A stretch of 64,000 bases of DNA from the human T2T-CHM13v2.0 reference genome, Homo sapiens: assembly GCF_009914755.1 (NCBI RefSeq), contig NC_060939.1; one strand, written 5' to 3'. Both the position numbers and the translations under genes were made by a program. Shown piece after piece: positions 56,701 to 64,000 of this stretch. Position 1 is the first letter of the stretch. The number at the start of each line of letters is the position of its first letter. The notes under the pieces are model-generated. The model had not been told where the DNA came from, ran no database searches, and saw nothing but the letters and a program-made list of their open reading frames with translations.

Positions 56701-59700
56701 TGATTCCATTCCATTCTATTCCATTCCATACAGTTGCATTCCATTGGATTCCATGCTATATCTATAAATTCAATTCGAGACCATTGCTTTTGAGTCCATT
56801 CTATATGATTCCATTCCATTCAAGTCCATTACATTTGGTTCAATTCCATTCCATTCCATTCCCTTCCATTCCATTCCAGTTGATATCAATCCATTCGATT
56901 CCATTCCATTCGAGCACATTCCATTCGAGTCCATTCCATTCGATGCCATTCCATTTGATTCTATTCCATTAGTCTCCATTCAATTCCATTAATCTCCATT
57001 CCATTCCATTCTACTCCAACTGATTCCATTCCATTCTATTCCTTTCCATTCCATTTCATTCCATTCCATTCCATTTCATTCCATTCCATTCCATTCGTGT
57101 CCATTCCACTCCAGTCCATTCCATTCGTGTCCATTCCATTCCAGTCCATTCCATTTGTGTCCACTGCATTCCATTCCACTCCATTCCATATTATTCCATT
57201 ATACTCCATTCCATTCTATTACTTTCATTTCCATTCAATTCCATTCCATTTGATTCCATTCCACTCGGTTTCATTCCATTTGAGTCCACTCCATTCCATT
57301 CCATTCCATTCCATTCCATTCAGTTCCATTCCATTCTGTTCCATTCCATTCCGTTCCATTACATTCCATTCCATTCGGTACCATTCCATATTGTTCCATT
57401 CGATTCCATTCGAATCCATTCCATTCCAGTCCATTCCATTCGATTCCATTCCATTCATTTCAATTCCATTCCCTTCCATTCCATTACATTCCACTTGATT
57501 CCTCTCCATTCCCTTCCACTGCATTCCGTTCGATTCCATTCCATTGCATTGCATTCCATTCCATTGGATTGCATTCCATTCGATTCCATTCCATTCGAAT
57601 CAATTACATAGCAATCCATTACATTCGAGTCTATTCTATTCCGTTCCATTCGATTTCGTTCCAATCCATTCGATTCCATTCCATTCGATTCCATTCCATA
57701 CTATTGCATTCCATTCTATTACATTATATTCGAATAAGTTCCATTCAAGACCATTTCTTTTGAGTCCATTCTATTTGAGTCCATTCCCTTTGATTCCATA
57801 ACATTTGAGTCCATTCAATTCCATTCCTTTCGTTCCCATTCCATTTGATGCCATTCCATTCAATTCTGTTCTACTCGACTCCAATACATTCAATTCCATT
57901 CCATCCGATTCCATTACATTCTTTTCATTTCTTATCCATTTCAAGCCATTCCACTCCATTCCATTCCACTCGTTTCCTTTCCATTCGAGTCCATTCCTCT
58001 CCAGTCCATTCCGTTCAATCCATTCCATTCCAGTCCATTCCATTCGAGTCCGTTCCATTCCAGTCCACTCCATTCGAGTCAATTCCATCCCATTCGATGT
58101 CTTTCCATAACGATCCATTCCATTCTATTCCTTTCGATTCCATTCCATTCTATTTCATTCCATTCGATTCCCTTCCATTGGACTCCTTTCCATTCGAGTG
58201 CATTCCATTCCGTTCCATTTCTTACCGTTCTGTACGATTCCTACCGTTCGATTTCATTTTGTTCCAGTCCATTCCTTTCGCGTCCATTCCATTCCATTTC
58301 ACTCCATTCGATTCCATTCCACTCGATTCCACTTCGTTCCATTTCATTGCATTCCATTCTATTCAACTCTATTGCCTTCCATTCCATTCCATTCGATTAC
58401 ATTCCATGCGATTCCATTCGAAATCGAATCAATTACATTGCAATCCATTACTATTGAGTCCATTTTATTCCAGTCCACTGCATTCTGGTCCATTCCATTT
58501 GATTCCATTCCATTCTATTCCATTCCATACAGTTGCATTCCATTGGATTCCATTCTATATCTATAAATTCAATTCGAGACCATTGCTTTTGAATCCATTC
58601 TATATGATTCCATTCCATTCAAGTCCATTACATTTGGTTCAATTCCATTCCATTCCATTCCCTTCCATTCCATTCCAGTTGATATCAATCCATTCGATTC
58701 CATTCCATTCGAGCACATTCCATTTGAGTCCATTCCATTCGATGCCATTCCATTTGATTCTATTCCATTAGTCTCCATTCAATTCCATTAATCTCCATTC
58801 CATTCCATTCTACTCCAACTGATTCCATTCCATTCTATTCCTTTCCATTCCATTTCATTCCATTCTATTCCATTTCATTCCATTCCATTCCATTCGCTTC
58901 CATTCCATTCGTGTGCATTCCACTCCAGTCCATTCCATTCGTGTCCATTCCATTCCAGTCCATTCCATTTGTGTCCACTGCATTCCATTCCACTCCATTC
59001 CATATTATTCCATTACACTCCATTCCATTCTATTACTTTCATTTCCATTCAATTCCATTCCATTTGATTCCATTCCACTCGGTTTCATTCCATTTGAGTC
59101 CACTCCATTCCATTCCATTCCATTCCATTCAGTTCCATTCCATTCCGTTCCATTCCATTCCGTTCCATTGCATTCCATTCCATTCGGTACCATTCCATAT
59201 TGTTCCATTCGATTCCATTCAAATCCATTCCATTCCAGTCCATTCCATTCGATTCCATTCCATTCCTTTCAATTCCATTCCATTCCACTTGATTCCACTC
59301 CATTCCCTTCCACTGCATTCCATTCGATTCCATTCCATTGCATTGCATTCCATTCCATTGGACTGCATTCCATTCGATTCCATTCCATTCGAATCAATTA
59401 CATAGCAATCCATTACATTCGAGTCTATTCTATTCCGTTCCATTCGATTTCGTTCCAATCCATTCGATTCCATTCCATTCGATTCCATTCCATACTATTG
59501 CATTCCATTCTATTACATTATATTCGAATAAGTGCCATTCAAGACCATTTCTTTTGAGTCCATTCTATTTGAGTCCATTCCCTTTGATTCCATAACATTT
59601 GAGTCCATTCAATTCCATTCCTTTCGTTTCCATTCCATTTGATGCCATTCCATTCAATTCTGTTCTACTCGACTCCAATACATTCAATTCCATTCCATCC

Positions 59701-62700
59701 GATTCCATTACATTCTTTTCATTTCTTATCCATTTCAAGCCATTCCACTCCATTCCATTCCACTCGTTTCCTTTCCATTCGAGTCCATTCCTCTCCAGTC
59801 CATTCCGTTCAATCCATTCCATTCCAGTCCATTCCATTCGAGTCCGTTCCATTCCAGTCCATTCCATTAGAGTCAATTCCATTCCATTCGATGTCTTTCC
59901 ATAACGATCCATTCCATTCTATTCCTTTCGATTCCATTCCATTCTATTTCATTCCATTCGATTCCCTTCCATTGGACTCCTTTCCATTCGAGTGCATTCC
60001 ATTCCTTTCCATTTCTTTCCGTTCTGTACGATTCCTACCGTTCGATTTCATTTTGTTCCAGTCCATTCCTTTCGCGTCCATTCCATTCCATTTCACTCCA
60101 TTCGATTCCATTCCACTCGATTCCACTTCGTTCCATTTCATTGCATTCCATTCTATTCAACTCTATTGCCTTCCATTCCATTCCATTCGATTACATTCCA
60201 TGAGATTCCATTCGAAATCGAATCAATTACATTGCAATCCATTACTATTGAGTCCGTTTTATTCCAGTCCACTGCATTCTGGTCCATTCCATTTGATTCC
60301 ATTCCATTCTATTCCATTCCATACAGTTGCATTCCATTGGATTCCATGCTATATCTATAAATTCAATTCGAGACCATTGCTTTTGAGTCCATTCTATATG
60401 ATTCCATTCCATTCAAGTCCATTACATTTGGTTCAATTCCATTCCATTCCATTCCCTTCCATTCCATTCCAGTTGATATCAATCCATTCGATTCCATTCC
60501 ATTCGAGCACATTCCATTCGAGTCCATTCCATTCGATGCCATTCCATTTGATTCTATTCCATTAGTCTCCATTCAATTCCATTAATCTCCATTCCATTCC
60601 ATTCTACTCCAACTGATTCCATTTCATTATATTCCTTTCCATTCCATTTCATTCCATTCCATTCCATTTCATTCCATTCCATTCCATTCGTGTCCATTCC
60701 ACTCCAGTCCATTCCATTCGTGTCCATTCCATTCCAGTCCATTCCATTTGTGTCCCCTGCATTCCATTAAACTCCATTCCATATTATTCCATTACACTCC
60801 ATTCAATTCTATTACTTTCATTTCCATTCAATTCCATTCCATTTGATTCCATTCCACTCGGTTTCATTCCATTTGAGTCCACTCCATTCCATTCCATTCC
60901 ATTCCATTCCATTCAGTTCCATTCCATTCTATTCCATTCCATTCCGTTCCATTACATTCCATTCCATTCGGTACCATTCCATATTGTTCCATTCGATTCC
61001 ATTCGAATCCATTCCATTCCAGTCCATTCCATTCGATTCCATTCCATTCATTTGAATTCCATTCCATTCCATTCCATTACATTCCACTTGATTCCTCTCC
61101 ATTCCCTTCCACTGCATTCCGTTCGATTCCATTCCATTGCATTGCATTCCATTCCATTGGATTGCATTCCATTCGATTCCATTCCATTCGAATCAATTAC
61201 ATAGCAATCCATTACATTCGAGTCTATTCTATTCCGTTCCATTCGATTTCGTTCCAATCCATTCGATTCCATTCCATTCGATTCCATTCCATACTATTGC
61301 ATTCCATTCGATTACATTATATTCGAATAAGTTCCATTCAAGACCATTTCTTTTGAGTCCATTCTATTTGAGTCCATTCCCTTTGATTCCATAACATTTG
61401 AGTCCATTCAATTCCATTCCTTTCGTTCCCATTCCATTTGATGCCATTCCATTCAATTCTGTTCTACTCGACTCCAATACATTCAATTCCATTCCATCCG
61501 ATTCCATTACATTCTTTTCATTTCTTATCCATTTCAAGCCATTCCACTCCATTCCATTCCACTCGTTTCCTTTCCATTCGAGTCCATTCCTCTCCAGTCC
61601 ATTCCGTTCAATCCATTCCATTCCAGTCCATTCCATTCGAGTCCGTTCCATTCCAGTCCACTCCATTCGAGTCAATTCCATCCCATTCGATGTCTTTCCA
61701 TAACGATCCATTCCATTCTATTCCTTTCGATTCCATTCCATTCTATTTCATTCCATTCGATTCCCTTCCATTGGACTCCTTTCCATTCGAGTGCATTCCA
61801 TTCCGTTCCATTTCTTACCGTTCTGTACGATTCCTACCGTTCGATTTCATTTTGTTCCAGTCCATTCCTTTCGCGTCCATTCCATTCCATTTCACTCCAT
61901 TCGATTCCATTCCACTCGATTCCACTTCGTTCCATTTCATTGCATTCCATTCTATTCAACTCTATTGCCTTCCATTCCATTCCATTCGATTACATTCCAT
62001 GCGATTCCATTCGAAATCGAATCAATTACATTGCAATCCATTACTATTGAGTCCATTTTATTCCAGTCCACTGCATTCTGGTCCATTCCATTTGATTCCA
62101 TTCCATTCTATTCCATTCCATACAGTTGCATTCCATTGGATTCCATTCTATATCTATAAATTCAATTCGAGACCATTGCTTTTGAATCCATTCTATATGA
62201 TTCCATTCCATTCAAGTCCATTACATTTGGTTCAATTCCATTCCATTCCATTCCCTTCCATTCCATTCCAGTTGATATCAATCCATTCGATTCCATTCCA
62301 TTCGAGCACATTCCATTTGAGTCCATTCCATTCGATGCCATTGCATTTGATTCTATTCCATTAGTCTCCATTCAATTCCATTAATCTCCATTCCATTCCA
62401 TTCTACTCCAACTGATTCCATTCCATTCTATTCCTTTCCATTCCATTTCATTCCATTCCATTCCATTTCATTCCATTCCATTCCATTCGCTTCCATTCCA
62501 TTCGTGTGCATTCCACTCCAGTCCATTCCATTCGTGTCCATTCCATTCCAGTCCATTCCATTTGTGTCCACTGCATTCCATTCCACTCCATTCCATATTA
62601 TTCCATTACACTCCATTCCATTCTATTACTTTCATTTCCATTCAATTCCATTCCATTTGATTCCATTGCACTCGGTTTCATTCCATTTGAGTCCACTCCA

Positions 62701-63216
62701 TTCCATTCCATTCCATTCCATTCCAATCCATTCCATACAGTTCCATTCCATTCTGTTCCATTCCATTCCGTTCCATTTCATTCCATTCCATTCGGTACCA
62801 TTCCATATTTTTCCATTCGATTCCATTCGAATCCATTCCATTCCAGTCCATTCCATTCGATTCCATTCCATTCCTTTCAATTCCATTCCATTCCATTCCA
62901 TTCCACTTGATTCCACTCCATTCCCTTCCACTGCATTCCATTCGATTCCATTCCATTGCATTGCATTCCATTCCATTGGACTGCATTCCATTCGATTCCA
63001 TTCCATTCGAATCAATTACATAGCAATCCATTACATTCGAGTCTATTCTATTCCTTTCCATTCGATTTCATTCCAATCCATTCGATTCCATTCCATTCGA
63101 TTCCATTCCATACTATTGCATTCCATTTGATTACATTATATTCGAATAAGTTCCATTCAAGACCATTTCTTTTGAGTCCATTCTATTTGAGTCCATTCCC
63201 TTTGATTCCATAACAT
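53800..63216 (+). repeat. Higher-order repeat domain 4: dimer of ~3593-3603 bp with a superimposed 7196 bp relationship
   Basis: GTGTGCATTCC at ~55308, 58911, 62504. CCACTCCATTCGAGTCAA at ~54462, 58066, 61659. AAGTGCCATT at ~55938 and 59531. Confidence 0.75.
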
Positions 63217-64000
63217 TTGAGTCCATTCAATTCCATTCCTTTCGTTTCCATTCCATTTGATGCCATTCCATTCAATTCTGTTCTACTCGACTCCAATACA
63301 TTCAATTCCATTCCATCCGATTCCATTACATTCTTTTCATTTCTTATCCATTTCAAGCCATTCCACTCCATTCCATTCCACTCGTTTCCTTTCCATTCGA
63401 GTCCATTCCTCTCCAGTCCATTCCGTTCAATCCATTCCATTCCAGTCCATTCCATTCGAGTCCGTTCCATTCCAGTCCATTCCATTCGAGTCAATTCCAT
63501 TCCATTCGATGTCTTTCCATAACGATCCATTCCATTCTATTCCTTTCGATTCCATTCCATTCTATTTCATTCCATTCGATTCCCTTCCATTGGACTCCTT
63601 TCCATTCGAGTGCATTCCATTCCGTTCCATTTCTTACCGTTCTGTACGATTCCTACCGTTCGATTTCATTTTGTTCCAGTCCATTCCTTTCGCGTCCATT
63701 CCATTCCATTTCACTCCATTCGATTCCATTCCACTCGATTCCACTTCGTTCCATTTCATTGCATTCCATTCCATTCAACTCTATTGCCTTCCATTCCATT
63801 CCTTTCGATTACATTCCATGCGATTCCATTCGAAATCGAATCAATTACATTGCAATCCATTACTATTGAGTCCATTTTATTTCAGTCCACTGCATTCTGG
63901 TCCATTCCATTTGATTCCATTCCATTCTATTCCATTCCATACAGTTGCATTCCATTGGATTCCATTCTATATCTATAAATTCAATTCGAGACCATTGCTT

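Larger units (their letters stand above)
40..62799 (+). repeat. ~1.8 kb KpnI-defined tandem unit, 36 KpnI sites; consistent with D15Z1 (chr15p HSat3)
   Basis: GGTACC occurs once per unit (40, 1813, 3602 ... 62794). The landmark TTGAGTCCATTCAATTCC recurs at 467, 2236, 4025, 5814, 7568, 9372, 11161 ... 61398, 63217, with spacings of 1754-1819 bp. One EcoRV site (GATATC) per unit. A 1.8 kb KpnI satellite III repeat is the classical definition of D15Z1; the chromosome is inferred, not seen. Confidence 0.75.
1..64000 (+). repeat. Human Satellite 3 (HSat3 / Satellite III) array, diverged (CATTC)n with the C-rich strand on +
   Basis: Every line consists of CATTC/ATTCC pentamers and variants (CATTCG, GATTC, GAGTC, CAGTC), with long perfect CATTCCATTC runs. 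It lacks the CATTCGATGATG-type motifs typical of HSat2. The + strand is strongly pyrimidine-rich and no strand switch was seen. Confidence 0.97.

Noticed and set aside
45084-61059. Sporadic EcoRI sites (45084, 49645, 61054), suggesting DYZ1 or an EcoRI-defined 1.77 kb HSat2 repeat
   Set aside because: They are private point mutations at different unit positions and are not periodic. The 3.6 kb periods here are dimers of the 1.8 kb KpnI unit.
1-64000. CRISPR-like array or prokaryotic defence/diversity system
   Set aside because: No constant repeat with unique spacers and no genes; the sequence is primate satellite DNA.
1-64000. Inversion, Alu/L1 insertion or array boundary
   Set aside because: No GAATG-strand segment, poly(A) tail or non-satellite sequence was seen, and regular unit spacing leaves no room for an insertion.

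Overview
The whole 64 kb window is one uninterrupted, single-orientation array of Human Satellite 3-type DNA: diverged (CATTC)n on the + strand, (GAATG)n on the - strand. It is organised as about 35.7 tandem copies of a ~1.8 kb unit (1754-1819 bp), each with one KpnI site (GGTACC). This matches the classical description of D15Z1 / HSat3 on chr15p, but that locus assignment is an inference. I found no genes, RNA genes, transposons or CRISPR arrays; all listed ORFs are artefacts of a stop-poor pentamer. What is notable is the repeat architecture: (1) the 1.8 kb unit looks like an ancient dimer of ~0.83 and ~0.96 kb halves; (2) every unit length is 5n-1 because of three fixed register breaks; (3) units fall into two haplotype classes and form local 2-, 3- and 4-unit higher-order repeats, two of which look like trimers collapsed to dimers through chimeric units; (4) unusually divergent 'orphan' units sit at domain borders. 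I see no evidence for a novel protein-coding or defence system. Coordinates come from manual reading and the ORF track and may be off by a few bases.
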